Of a DNA stretch of 64,000 nucleotides, positions 48,476 through 61,778 are shown one piece after another; within the stretch, counting starts at the first letter, position 1; each line of letters opens with the position of its first letter. The stretch lies in the NCBI GenBank assembly GCA_011109175.1, contig RDEW01000009.1, positions 878,227-942,226 of the forward strand. Direction: 5' to 3'. Below the pieces are notes generated by a model that ran no database searches, was not told where the DNA came from, and worked only from the letters and a program-made list of their open reading frames with translations. This DNA is from Dicyema japonicum. Lineage: Eukaryota > Animalia > Dicyemida. Both the position numbers and the translations under genes were made by a program.

Positions 48476-50735
48476 GCTTATGGGCCGATCTGATTGTTAA
48501 ATACACAGGTTTTTTATATTCACATATTCCCTGACTCCGTCAATTTCCAATTATTAATATTATTAAATACAAAAATAAGCGACAAATTAAAAAACTACAT
48601 TGCCGCCAGGTGATTCCGGCCGCCTCGAGTAGCTATCTCATTCTTGCTCGGTGTTCTTCCCGGGTTCCAACGCATTTCCGTCTTTTATAAAACTGATGGC
48701 GAAACGAGACACTCGCTCATCAGGGTTAACCTGCTGTATTTTCTAGAGTTCGTCCTTATACAGGATAGGATATATCTTCTAAAAATACAAGAGACCCACA
48801 TGACATGGTAACAGTGGAATTTCTATTCTGGATTTACGTCCGGTTACTTTATTATAGACTTTCCAAAAGTTTGTGTTTTGTTTGATAAAATTCGCTCCAC
48901 TTAGCTATCCAAAAATTATTCTTCTTAACTTTTTCTAATCTGCGTATTTCTTGCGTGATCATCATAATTTCCAGCTCCTTGAGCATACGGTCATGGGGAT
49001 CAGGACATCGACGTAGTTCGTTTTTCGAACATTGCTTCTTTTTCAAAAAACTATAACATTTTTTGTTGTCAAAGAAAAATTCTTGTTAACCGAATAGACT
49101 TTATTCGACTATATGCTACGAAATACGATTAAAAAAATAATTTGAGTCACTCGAACTCTCTAGATCCAACTTGGAAGACTCTGGATTAGAAAAAATCAAA
49201 CGTTCCAAATATATAACAATGCTTTTTCGGCAGTTGTCCCAGTTATATCTTGTCAGATCATAGCAAACTAGAGCAGGGTTTACCTCTAAAGGAGTTAGGT
49301 TGAGTTTATAAAGGATTGGTAAATGATCACTACCAGTATCATCAAGTGTATTCCGTCGTTCCTAAAATTGATGAACAGATTCCGATATTAACGCCATTTC
49401 CAAACAATCTCAGCCACTTGGAGAATAGTGATTCGGGATCGAGGGCATGACGACAGAAAACCAAGAAGACACAGACATGTCCTTCAAAACAAGGCCGTCT
49501 ATATTCGTCACTAAACAACAAAACGAGGTATCTCTCGAGTTTAAGGCAGCCAAAGAGAATTGAGAACGCTAAATTTTCATCATGAAATAAAGTCTCGATA
49601 AGATAAGGATACGAAGATTGCAATTTTTAGGTCAAAATTTCGATTTATAAAGTCAAAAAGATCTCCCTAATTATAACAAAAATGAAATTGGGGTTGATGA
49701 GCGACGTCGTTATCAGCGAGCGTATCATCTCTGCGAAACTGAATTGTCTTCCGGGAATAGACTCACAAACAAGAAAAAAAGTCAAGAAATTTTAAATGTC
49801 TTAATAAGCCTTGGATTAATTAACTTTTCTCCTCTTACTCTTAAAATAAACTGTGACTACTGCCTAAGTAGAGGTTTAAGTAATGGAAACATTACATACT
49901 CCTTTCGTAAGGGCTGTTAAGTAAATAAAATTGTATCATTTCAATGAAATGAGTTTATGACAACATTCAATTTTAATGAAATTGTCATCGGCTTCATTGT
50001 TTGTGACCTTGCGGCTAATTTCGTTTGAGAAAAACAAATTTATATATTCATTCCATCGAGAGACATAGTAGGTAACTAAGTAGACATTTAGTGGAATAAA
50101 GGTCCGACCAATTAACCAATTTACTATCTTATCCTATCCACTTTAAGCAGATCAGAGCAGCAAAAATTTATTAATGAATTCGTGTATGAATAACGAAGTG
50201 CATTAATTCTTTTTATGCCACTTATTAATTAATATCTGTATTATTTGTTAATACTGGCTTTAATTTTTATATTCAATTCACTTCAGAATATTCTCCTAGT
50301 ATTAATAATTTTTTAAAATAAAAACGGTTTAATACAAAAACAAACATTTAACTACTAGTGGCCAGTCTCATAATTGAGAACCCATTTCCCCAGACGATTT
50401 AAAGGAAATACGTTTTCAATTTAAAGATATATTAAATCATTTGGTAACAAATATTAATTCGATTGTAGTTGTTTTGATCATTTACGAATATCGATGATTG
50501 AGTTTTTCTTCGATCATTAAAGATTCCGCCAAAAGTGTAGGACTTTTGGTGGATTACGATAAAATACCATGAAATTCTTAAAGACGTTTAACATTCCAGT
50601 ATGGAGTAGGACTTTCTTGATTAATGAATTCATGAAAATAATAATAATATAAATATCATTTATTAATTATTAAAAATAAATTCATTAATATAACAAGTGA
50701 CCTAAATTACATCGACGTGTTCATTTTACATATTT

Positions 50736-51689
50736 ATGTTATTGTTAATGTTTTTGTCCTCAATCAGGAATTTCGACTTTGAACATCCAATGTCAGTATA
50801 TTTTAAAAGTTTATTGAAAAGTACACTAACAAATGTATTCTGTAAATAATATGGTAGACAAACAAATATTCAATTAAAACTATTTCTCACAAGTCTTATG
50901 ATGAAATGCCAATTACAATCAAAATAAATAATGTGATCTACGATTTTTTCATTGAATTATCAGACAAATTTTACAACATCTCAATAAGAATAGAATTAAA
51001 TTCTAGTGTTTAATAGTTAACACTCAAAGATAATAAAACCTACACAAAAACAACAAATCTTACAAATATTAAACATGGAGATTATTACAGATGCGGATAT
51101 ATGTCCGTAAGTTTTGAGAATGGTAATATTCTCACATTATATTCTTTGGTGATAGAATACTACATTAAACATCAAATCCATTTTTTATTGGAAAAGGTTT
51201 GACATAATTTAATTTAGCACATGACTGTGATCCATCTAACGATCCAAAAGTTCGATATTGGTATTTTATTGCGGAAAATCGACTGAAAGGAATATTAAGT
51301 GGGCATTTTAGAATCAAACTTTTTTTATAATCACACTGTTAAAATTGTAAATTGTATATTTTAATATTAGATTGATGATTTGTTAGTTTTTTTTCAAGAA
51401 TCTGTATACGAAGATTAAATTTGATAACAATAGTGTTGAGTTATCTCTTAAGGGGAATTATTATGAAATACTTTTTACTTTTATTTTGTCTCAAAACAAT
51501 TTTTCTATCTCCAAAATTCAGATTGTCATTGATGAAATCTATAATGGGTCTTGGAGTCCTAATAAGACCAAATTGATAGATGTTGGAAATTCTTGTAACT
51601 TCGACAGTATGATACCGTCCAAAAGTGTTTATAGTAACTTTAAATCAGGTTATAAAGTATTGAAAGTCAGATTTTCAATCAATGCTTAA
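50736..51689 (+). pseudogene. Putative LAMP-like glycoprotein gene or pseudogene (signal-like start, two beta-rich Cys-containing domains)
   Basis: With 21-24 nt introns it reads MLLLMFLSS.., FFIELSDKFYNISIRIEL, HGDYYRCGYMSVSF, AHDCDPSND and ILFTFILSQNNFSISKIQ..VGNSC; needs three 1-nt homopolymer corrections; 3' end cut by the duplicated block. Confidence 0.35.
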
Positions 51690-53075
51690 AACAAGATAGA
51701 TAGTTCTTGAATATTCAAATGCACGCAAAAAGGATTCAAAACATTGAAAATATAAATTATGAAAACCCTGTTATTAAAAATTAGAATACATTCTAGATAA
51801 AATGAACATAAGTGATCGTTTAGAAAAGAGACTTTATATCGAAATTGACTACAAAAGAAAATGAAGAACTTGATTTGAATGATTCGGAGAATATAAAACA
51901 AGAAATTGATAGTGAAGAAATCCTTGAAGAAAGCCAGAATGGAGTCACAATTAGCAAAGGTTTTCTAGCATTAAATAAATTAAAAAATTCAAAATCAAGA
52001 GAAATTCTTTAATATCGAAAATCTTGAGTCTATTGAAAAGCTTGGATCTTCAATGCGCCGAAAGAAACAACTCTTTTGTTTATAAATAATTTTTTGGATT
52101 TACATTATTAATAGACAAAAAATCAATAAGTCTCTCGAATAGGCCTAATTTTGCCGATTCCCAAAATTGTCGGATTTGAGAGACTTTACAGTATTTGTAT
52201 TTTTTAATAACAAAATATGTTGTTTTGATAAAAAGAGGATTTAATTTATTTAATGAGAAATAATCAGTTATTTTAAACTCAGTAATATACCTTTTTCTTA
52301 GAATCTTTGAAATTTTTATTCTGAATTCATAGTATTCTTTGAGCACTTCAGCGCAAGTATTGAATAAAGATTTTTCAAGATTATTCATTATTATTGAATC
52401 TTTTAAACAAAACCCTTCAATTTCATCATTTCCATTATACAAAGTCCCATTATCTTTAATTCCGTTTAATTAAGTTTTATTAACCCTTAAACATGTTTAT
52501 CAATTAATTCAAATACCTTTTTTGAATTAATTTCACAACACATGTTCTCTGTTCGTTTAATTTCATCCAACAAGTGACAATAGTTGTTGTTGTTACACGA
52601 CTCTTCGCTTCTACTACAAATGCAATTATTTGCCTCATATTAATCTTCAATAGAGTCGAATAGTATTCCTTAAAATCGAAAAGATATATCACTTCATAAA
52701 AAACGTTGTTACAATATTTCTTGAAAGAGTTTATGATCTTCATATCTAAAGATTGAAGAAATGCTGTTGTATTTTTATAAAATTTAATAAATTATAAGTT
52801 TGAATATTCTTGAAATTTGTGGCACGGTGCATTATCCATAAGAATCAAAATTTTTCTGTTTTTTTGGAACATTTCAAAGTTTATTTATTGTAACCATTTA
52901 TCAAAAATATCTGTCGTCATCAAAGAATTTTTAACGCTGTTTACTAAACCTAAAAATATTTTATTTGAGTTATTGGTAAAAAAATGTAAAAATCATTCGA
53001 AATAATATTTATTAAAAAAAATTCGCATCTAAAGAGAGAGTGCGCCAAATACAAAAGGAGCCCCAAAGCATAGGT
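51673..53075 (-). mobile_element. pogo-derived deleted element within the duplication (second copy at 58201-59605)
   Basis: IINSFKKY...KINMRQII...SRVTTTTIVTCWMKL aligns with the post-DDE region of ORF 13071; terminal region similar to 19735-19825. Confidence 0.65.
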
Positions 53076-54515
53076 ACATGCTCTGACCAAAGAATACTTG
53101 TCATCGATATCCTATAACGTTTAAAAATGATGTTACTCACTTTTAACCGACTTTGACGATCCTATTTTATGTCAAACTACTCTCGTTATCGTTACCTGCC
53201 AAAAGATGTTCCTTGGGGCTTGGATTTCTTTCCGACGTGTTCATCAATATAACTGAACGATTCCAGAGTGTTTGGTAACAATAGTTGCTTTTTAGTTACC
53301 ACTGTTCTCTACGTCTTTTCTGAATAACTGTGATCTCGACATATGCTCAAGAGATGATAGGGGCTCCATGTTTAAGAATTTCACGATTCGATATACAGCT
53401 TGGATTAGTGCCCCTGCGAAAGAATCGGGTATGCGGACCCTGTCCATATCGGAAATGCGCAGGAACGCGCAGTCGGAGCACCGAGAAAAGATGCGGAGAC
53501 TGTTGAGGGAAGCTGGGATCACCTGAATTTTGTTTATTTTGGATTATGAAGGTGGTTTTTTGATTCAAAAAAAATAATAAAGAGAGCAAATTTATTTAAA
53601 ATTATTAAAATCCAATTTTAGCCAAATCCGGTAAAATTTGTGTCTATTTCCAGGATACTGAATAAACTGAATCCTATGAAGAAATTAATCTACTGTGGTC
53701 TTTGACGGGGATTCAAGATAGTGGTAGTTTATGATTTAACTTGATATTTCCGTACTCAGATTTGAATTTAATATTTCCGTACACAGATTTTTAACCTATT
53801 TTTAATTATTTAATGCCTTTGGCGATAATTAATGAAATGCTGCTTATTTTGCTGATTTCGATTATTCAATCTCGTATACCCCAGAGATTTATTGATCATC
53901 TTTGTTGGATAAATCAGGAACCGTATTAAATTAGTTTTGTTAGTAAATTAACTAATTTAAAGGTATTAAATTACTACTTGATGATTTTTTTCGTTCTGAA
54001 GATACAGATTTAATTTTTTTGTTTCTAAATCAAGTTAAAATTTTAACAAATTCATTATATAAGGGTTTTAACAAAACTGATGAAGATTTTGTTTTAACAA
54101 TTATTCAAAAAACAACTGAAAAATCAAATAATCCAAGAAAAATAGAATTACTAGAAAATCTACCAAAAGGAATAAACGAAAATGATTTCATGAATAAATT
54201 TTCTGCTATAATTGGTTTACTTTTTAAATTATATCAAGAAACTATACGAGGAGTTACACCAGCAACTACAACAACGCCTACTATTCCTAATGATATGCCT
54301 CATACAGTTTTTGTGAAAAAGGTTTGATGCATTTTTAGTTTCAGATAATACTTTTAGTGGAATTGGTGAAAGCAATTTTGTTATAAAGACCAGAACATAC
54401 AATGAAACGTCGTATATAAGTCAACAAGGGTATATAAAATATTTTTACGACAATAACATCATCTATATGCTAATAATGAAATATATGACTATTGAGGATA
54501 TGATCCAAGAATGTG
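51673..54515 (+). repeat. Segmental duplication, copy 1 (about 2.85 kb)
   Basis: Colinear high similarity to 58201-61100, except for non-homologous middles (about 53080-53425 versus 59605-60165). Confidence 0.95.
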
Positions 54516-55143
54516 AAAGAAAGTTTGCCACCCTTTTAAAGATTAAAAGTAATTCAGAGAATGAATTTGCTTACAGTATTTTCTATAAATATAAACTCAG
54601 GTATTATTACCCAAAGTGTATTTATTAATGCTTCCGCTAGGACAGGTTTTCAAAATTGGGAATCATTCGATGAAAAAGAAAATATGACATCCAATAAAAT
54701 TCCTCATACAGCAGTTATGCAGCATTGTACTGGTAAATGGAGAAGTTTAAAAAAATGAAACTCAATATGGATTATGTCAAATAGGTTACCTTATTTGTCA
54801 ATTATTAAAAAGACCTGAATTCATTTATTGATATGAGTTTCCAAATACCTTTATTTTCAGATTCTTTTAACATACTTTAAAGTTAGATTTTGTATTTTTA
54901 ACAGGAAACCTAATTTTGAACATGAAAAAGATGAGCATTCTTCTAGAGAATACAAAAAGGTTAATTTAAGGTTGATTTTAAAAGGTTCAATTGAAGTTAG
55001 TCAAAATATTCTTCGGAATCTTTCTCTCCACTTTCACCATTCTGTCATTAGCAATTTACTTGTTAAGCAAACGATTGAGACAAATATTCAACTTTCTTAA
55101 AACATCGGAAACTAATAACTATAATCTCTCGATAAGTCGTTAA
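53813..55143 (+). pseudogene. Type I membrane protein gene or pseudogene: signal peptide, helical region, Thr/Pro hinge, beta-rich region, TM and short tail
   Basis: MLLILLISIIQSR; PATTTTPTIP; 23-25 nt introns; last exon VQLKLVKIFFGIFLSTFTILSLAIYLLSKRLRQ...NNYNLSISR*; early frameshift and stop. Confidence 0.5.
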
Positions 55144-56559
55144 TAAATCCTGGTTCCTGTTAATTTTTATTTTATCAATCATAAATGAACTAAAATACTG
55201 ATTATAGGTTTTTTTGGAAAAAAATAACTACAATCGTAGTCAACAAACATAACCTTTCTTTCCCCGACAAATTTAAAAGTTTGCTTGTATTGACAACAGG
55301 ACCCATCAACAGTCTAAAACATTGAATTTAATCTTTGATCCAAATTCAGCAAAAGTTAACAATCGCTTACTCGGAATAAGGACCGATGGCTCTATTTGCG
55401 ACTTCTTGGATTGTGTTCAACATGCCCATGGAATAATGGAAAATGGCTGTTTACACAAACACTCACCTAGGACAATATTGGAGGGTCAAATTGTGGGTAA
55501 ATAGCGGAGAGTGACCTAGCATTGCTCTCAGGAATTTTGATTTTAGAAATCTTTCAATTAACTGAAGATCCTATCAAAATCAAAGACGCAATTCCCCTTT
55601 ATGATTTGTGTGGTAATGCGTGTCTCCTTCCCTTTTGATTTATTTATTAACCCCGGATACATCGAGAAAAAATTTAAAGTAAATAACTAATTAAGTGTAT
55701 TCAGTTTCCACTTCTACAGCAACAAAGTCCATCAGGAATCAACATAAAGGGTAAAAGTTGTAGAAACCCTCCAGTGGAGCGGGGAGAGCAAATGATCCTT
55801 TTTCGTGCCAGCCAGGAACTGGGCGCCACCTAGACAGATGGCTCACATGACGCCACTCTAATTGGAAGAGAGAGGAGGAACAGACAAGCAAACAGAAAAA
55901 TTCAACCAATTAGCCATGCAGCACCACATGGCGCCACGTGGTAGTAAAAAATTTTATTGTCCATTTTAAGGAGGTCCTATTTTTCCTTACTCTGACACGT
56001 TGTCTTGTGTCTGGCAAGATGTGGACAGCCGACAGATTAGAAGGTCTTCGACCAACTCAGGGTTCTTATTATGCTAGCAACTGTGGAGAGTGTTTATGAT
56101 GGTTAGGTAACTCTTGGTAGGGTTAAGATTGTCCAATTTATTGTTAGTATCCAAATTCTGTCGTTTACACTCCAGTAAAAGTAAATTCTTCATTCCTTAC
56201 AGCGAATCCCAACCCACAGAGCTTGGAACCTCCAGGAAGTAAGATTAACATTAAATTTTCCGTGTTGTTTTTCTATCCCGTTGGTTAATTTTGTCTCTTG
56301 AAGACATCCAAGGGATACTATGTATCTCGAAAGGTCTTCTCAAAGTTCTATTTTTTACTCCTGAAAAAAATACAAATTCTAAAGATTCTAAAAAATTAGT
56401 AATTATAGGAATTATGTTCTCTTTTCTAACACTAACAATCATCGATCTCATCACATTTGTTATTAAATGCCGAAATGTGATAAGACTAATGCAATATATT
56501 CCTGTTCTTTAACTGCTATTAATTTTATCGTTGTTTTTTTATTTTAAATGCTCTCATGT

Positions 56560-57800
56560 ACTTTCATTATAAATTCGTAATTATCATTTTTAAAGTAGCT
56601 TTTTTTTGTTTTCTTTCTTAAGTAGTGTAGGTTTTCTCAATTTTCAACTTTTTTTCGTTATCGTGATTATGGGATACGCCCAGACAGCATCACTGTTTTT
56701 CTATTCTCTCTGGAACAATCTGAATTGCAATGTGGCACTGCATACACCTTTTTGCAGTCATATTATAAGACAAAAATTGCCATTTTGAAGTTTTTTGAAT
56801 TGAATATTTGCCAAGAATATCCAAGGAGTTTTCTTATTTGTTTTCTGTGAAATCAGTCGAGTTGTAATATATCTTTCTTTGATGTTCCCAATTCTTATTG
56901 AGTCTTTCTTTTGCACACCGATTTTCAACTTAATGATGATTTTCTGAAAGCAAATTTTCCCGGCTTCGGTAGCGGCAACAGAAATAAGATCTTTTGTGGC
57001 TCTGTCATATGCCGTCAAGGCCAGTTTATTTTGGTCATACGCAGATCCCATGTAGCTGACTTGTGTTTTAAGGAAATTTATTTGATCACTTCCGCCGTAA
57101 GTGTCCGTACCACGCCACGAATGTTTCCGACCATAATTTTTTTGTTTATTTCCGCATTAAATTTCGCTTGTGCTTCTTGACATTGATGGAGTAAGCTATT
57201 CTCAATTGATATGTTTCCGAATGTAGTCGATAGGTTGATGGTTTTCATACTTCAAATCGTTCTTCCTGATAACTGAGTTAAGATTTTTTTCCTTAAGTTT
57301 GTACCGAAAACAAATTGGGGAGTGACAAATCCAAACATCTCGAATGTCGTCCTCGATGGTCCCAATGATTACTTTGAAAAGTAAGAGGTGGCGACTAGTT
57401 TTGGGACTCTGGATGAACTGAATGATCCTCTAGGATACGAGTTAGTCAAGACGATGGAGGAGTCCATCAACATCTAATAGGTCGAATCCAGATAGAGAAA
57501 AGAGAATTCTCCCTTGCCAAGAGTTTTTAAGAACGACGGACATGTCCAGCAACAGAAGGATTTGGCCTTCTTCAGATTAATCTGTAGAAACTCAGATGCC
57601 AGTAATTTTTGCATTTGATCCCAACCTTCTTCTGGTTCGTTTAGCCACAGATTTGTTAGAAAAAGGCCATCCGATAAAGAAAGATTCCAATGGCTTGATT
57701 TTGGAGGTATTGTTTCTACAAGGCGAGTGACCACAACATGAGTAATTAACGATCAAAGTACGATCGTAATTTATGATTTAAATGATTTTGAAACTCTCAT
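56560..57800 (-). mobile_element. Degraded RTE-clade LINE
   Basis: ILLLDMS and FHRKQIRKLLGYSW remnants. Confidence 0.6.
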
Positions 57801-58200
57801 TGTACTCCCTTTTGATGAAGTAGTCGAACGTGTCAAATAATTATCAATTTCCAAAGCAAAAATCGACGTATTTCAAGAATCTGGAGAGCCTTCTCCAAAT
57901 GAGAAAAGTACAACTGATCCATTGCTAAAGCCCGGTATGCTCAAATATGGTTAAATGGTAGCAATCTCTCGCAAGTCGACAAGTTAACAGGGTTAAAGTG
58001 CCTCAGATACTAAAAAAATTTTTATGGAGGTTATATAATCTAACTTGACCACATGAACAGGTTGAAACGGAAATTAAATTAATTCTACAATGAAGTTACG
58101 ATGTAATTCGAATTTTTTAATTTTTTCTATCCTCCAATTTTCTCTAAAATTGATAAATATCTCAACTTTCAATGGAAGATTCATTATGTCCCCAAATGAG

Positions 58201-61100
58201 TTTCAATCAATGCTTAAAACAAGATAGATAGTTTTTTAATATTCAAATGCACGCAAAATGGATTCAAAACATTGAAAATATAAATTATGAAAACCCTGTT
58301 ATTAAAAATTAGAATATATTCTAGACAAAATGAACATAAGTGATCGTTTAGAAAAGAGACTTTATATCGAAATTGACTACAAAGAAAATGAAGAACTTGA
58401 TTTGAATGATTCGGAGAATATAAAACAAGAAATTGATAGTGAAGGACTCCTTGAAGAAAGCCAGAATGGAGTCACAATTAGCAAAGGTTTTCTAGCATTA
58501 AATAAATTAAAAAATTCAAAATCAAGAGAAATTCTTTAATATCGAAAATCTTGAGTCTATTGAAAAGCTTGGATCTTCAATGCGCCGAAAGAAACAACTC
58601 AAAACTTACAGATTTTTTGTTTATAAATAATTTTTTGGATTTACATTATTAATAGACAAAAAAATCAACAAGTCTCTCGAATAGGCCTAATTTTGCCGAT
58701 TCCCGAAATTGGCGGATTCGAGAGACTTTACAGTATTTGTATTTTTTAATAACAAAATATGTTGTTTCTAAAAAAAGAGGATTTAATTTATTTAATGAGA
58801 AATAATCAGTTATTTTGAACTCAGTAATATACCTTTTTCTTAGAATCTTTGAAATTTTTATTCTGAATTCATAGTATTCTTTGAGCACTTCATGGCAAGT
58901 ATTGAATAAAGATTTTTCAAGATTATTCATTATTATTGAATCTTTTAAACAAAACCCTTCAATTTCATCATTTCCATTATACAAAGTCCCATTATCTTTA
59001 ATTCCGTTTAATTAAGTTTTATTAACCCTTAAACATGTTTATCAATTAATTCAAATACCTTTTTTGAATTAATTTCACAACACATGTTCTCTGTTCGTAT
59101 AATTTCATCCAACAAGTGACAATCGTTGTTGTTGTTACTCGACTCTTCGCTTCTCCTACAAATGCCATTATTTGCCTCATATTAATCTTCAATAGAGTCG
59201 AATAGTATTCCTTAAAATCGACAAGATATATCACTTCATAAAAAACGTTGTTACAATATTTCTTGAAAGAGTTTATGATCTTCATATCTAAAGATTGAAG
59301 AAATGCTGTTGTATTTTTAGAAAATTTAAGAAATTATAAGTTTGAATATTCTTGAAATTTGTGGCACGGTGCATTATCCATAAGAATCAAAATTTTTCTG
59401 TTTTTTGGAACATTTCAAAGTTTATTTTTTGTAACCATTTATCAAAAATATCTGTCGTCATCAAAGCATTTTTAACGCAGTGTACTAAACCTAAAAATAT
59501 TTTATTTGAGTTATTGGTAAAAAAATGTAAAAATCATTCGAAATAATATTTATTAAAAAAATCACACTTAAAGAGAGAGTGTTCTAAATACAGAGGGAGC
59601 TTTAAGGCAGGCGTCGTACTTTACCTTGAAATAAAAAAAGTATTACAAACACGTTGGAGTCCAAGATAGTTTTCCGCTTTATTGATTTCGAAGGAGAACT
59701 TTTTATTTTTTTTATTAAGATTTAGATCAGTGTAGGATTGTCAGATGATTACAGCAAAACTAAATCTCCTTTAAATGTTATTGTAAATATGTATAAGTTT
59801 TAGAAATTGCTTTTGAAATTCGTTCCTTATTTTTTCCTGAGTTCTAATATATTTAACAATTGAAAAAATACAAAATTGTCATTAAATGAAAACTGATAGT
59901 ACACAAAAAACAACTTATAACGTATAATTTAAAAAAAATAAAAAATACCTAACGTTCCCGATATGTAGAGTAGTATGCACAGTCCTACTTTTACTTTTAG
60001 TCTAATATGTGCTATTGCTTTTCTGTTTTATTGTAGTAAGCTTCGGATTTTTTTGTTCAATTTCAGGAACCACTCTCCATACACACCTGGAGGATGAATC
60101 CAAAGATTCTGATAATCGTCTAGCAAGGTTTTTTGTATAATTTAAGTTTGATATTTGGGAAGGACTCGGGTATGCGGACCCCGTCCATATCGGAAATGCG
60201 CAGGAACGCAGTAGGAGCACCGAGAAAAAACGCGGAGACTGTTGAGGGAGGCTGGGATCACCTGAATTTTGTTTATTTTGGATTATGACGGTGGTTTTTT
60301 GATTCAAATATAATAATAAAGAGAGCAAATTTATTTAAAATTATTAATATCCAATTTTATCAAAATCCGGTAAAATTTGTGTCTAATTTCCAGGATAGTG
60401 AATAAACTGAATCCATTTGAAGACATGAATCTACTGCTGTCATGAATCTAATATACATTCTCGTTTACCCCTGAGATTTATTGAAAATCTTTGTTAGATA
60501 AATTCAGGAACACTATTAGATGCGTTTTGTTAGTAATTTAACTAATTTAAAGGTATTAAATTACTACTTGAATTTTTTAGTTTTGAGGATACAGAAAAAA
60601 TTCTTTTGATTCTAAATCAAGTTAAAATTTTAATGAATTCATTATATAAGGGTTTTAACAAAACTTATGAAGATTTTGTTTTAACAATTATTCAACAAAC
60701 AACTAAAAAATTAAATTATCCAAGGAAAATAGAATTACTAGAAAATCTATCAAAAGGAATTAACGAAAATGATTTCAAGAATAAATTTTCTGCTATAATT
60801 GGTTTACTTTTAAAATTATATCAAGAAACTATACGAGGAGTTACACCAGCAACTACAACAACGCCTACTATTCCTAATGATATGCCTAATACAGTAATTT
60901 GTGAAAAAGGTTTGATGCATTTTTAGATTCAGATCTTACTTTTAGTGGAATTGTTGAAAGCAATTTTGTTATAAAGACCAAAACATACAATGAAACGTCA
61001 TATATAAGTCAACAAGGGTATATAAAATATTTTTACGACAATAACATCATCTATATGCTAATAATGAAATATATGACTATTGAGGATATGATCCAAGACT
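58201..61100 (+). repeat. Segmental duplication, copy 2
   Basis: Starts TTTCAATCAATGCTTAAAACAAG as at 51673; shared sequence ends at TGATCCAAGA. Confidence 0.95.
60430..61095 (+). pseudogene. Truncated paralogue of the 53813 membrane-protein gene
   Basis: Same exons (ORF 60606-60926 with PATTTTPTIP); lacks the signal region, has TAG in place of TGG, and ends at the duplication boundary. Confidence 0.55.
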
Positions 61101-61249
61101 GTGTCAAAACTTATCACAAACTCTATGAATTTTAATGCAAGAGACTCGATAGTCTAGTCATTTCACTGTCTGAAAATTATGCTACTTCCCAACTTGTGGA
61201 ACTGGCATGCCGTGAGGACAGCCCACTGGAGTCTAACGGAGAGATCATA

Positions 61250-61730
61250 CAAAGAAACCTGTCAAAATTCACACAATATTGTCGACAATTCTGTCAAATC
61301 ATTAGTTTCCAAAATCACTGGGTAATTAAAATTATATTTTAGCATAATTTTGTGTTGATTAATGAATCAGAATTTGATCATTCAAGATGTCCAAGGGTTG
61401 TTGTGCAAACTGCAGCTCATGTTTCAGGCTGTGCTTTCCTTCAAAAATCAACGGAAGTAATAATTAGAATAAATTTATTATTTTAAAATTATCATTATGG
61501 CATATTTGGTCGACATTAATTGCCACTTGTCCTTTTTGGATGAACATAACGTCGGATCCGACAGTCGTGGGTTCAAATCCGAAAGATGGACAACTAGTAT
61601 TTGACTTAATAAATCTAATTTAGAACATAGAACCACATAGCATTAAATTAGCGAATTTATCGACGATATTTTGCAAATAATCCGTCATTACGTAAAACTA
61701 CAGTAATTCACCATTTGTAGTTTATGAGAT
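61250..61730 (+). pseudogene. MMACHC: MMACHC copy A: end of exon 2, exon 3 and a probable C-terminal piece only
   Basis: INESEFDHSRCPRVVVQTAAHVSGCAF; 61250-61455 duplicates 62030-62237; RRYFANNPSLRK at about 61660-61700 resembles KAYFSTPPAQR. Confidence 0.75.
61529..61592 (+). pseudogene. Degenerate tRNA (probably Arg-TCG) pseudogene or SINE head
   Basis: GTCC...GGAT..TCGGATCCGACAGTCGTGGGTTCAAATCC..GATGGAC; B box present; anticodon loop missing. Confidence 0.45.
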
Positions 61731-61778
61731 TGTATAAAACTTAACTTCCGGCAAATTGAATAACTAAAATACCTGAGG

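Noticed and set aside
55918-55945. LTR primer-binding site (TGGCGCCACGTGG)
   Set aside because: Imperfect match to tRNA-Lys ends, with no LTR pair or gag-pol nearby.
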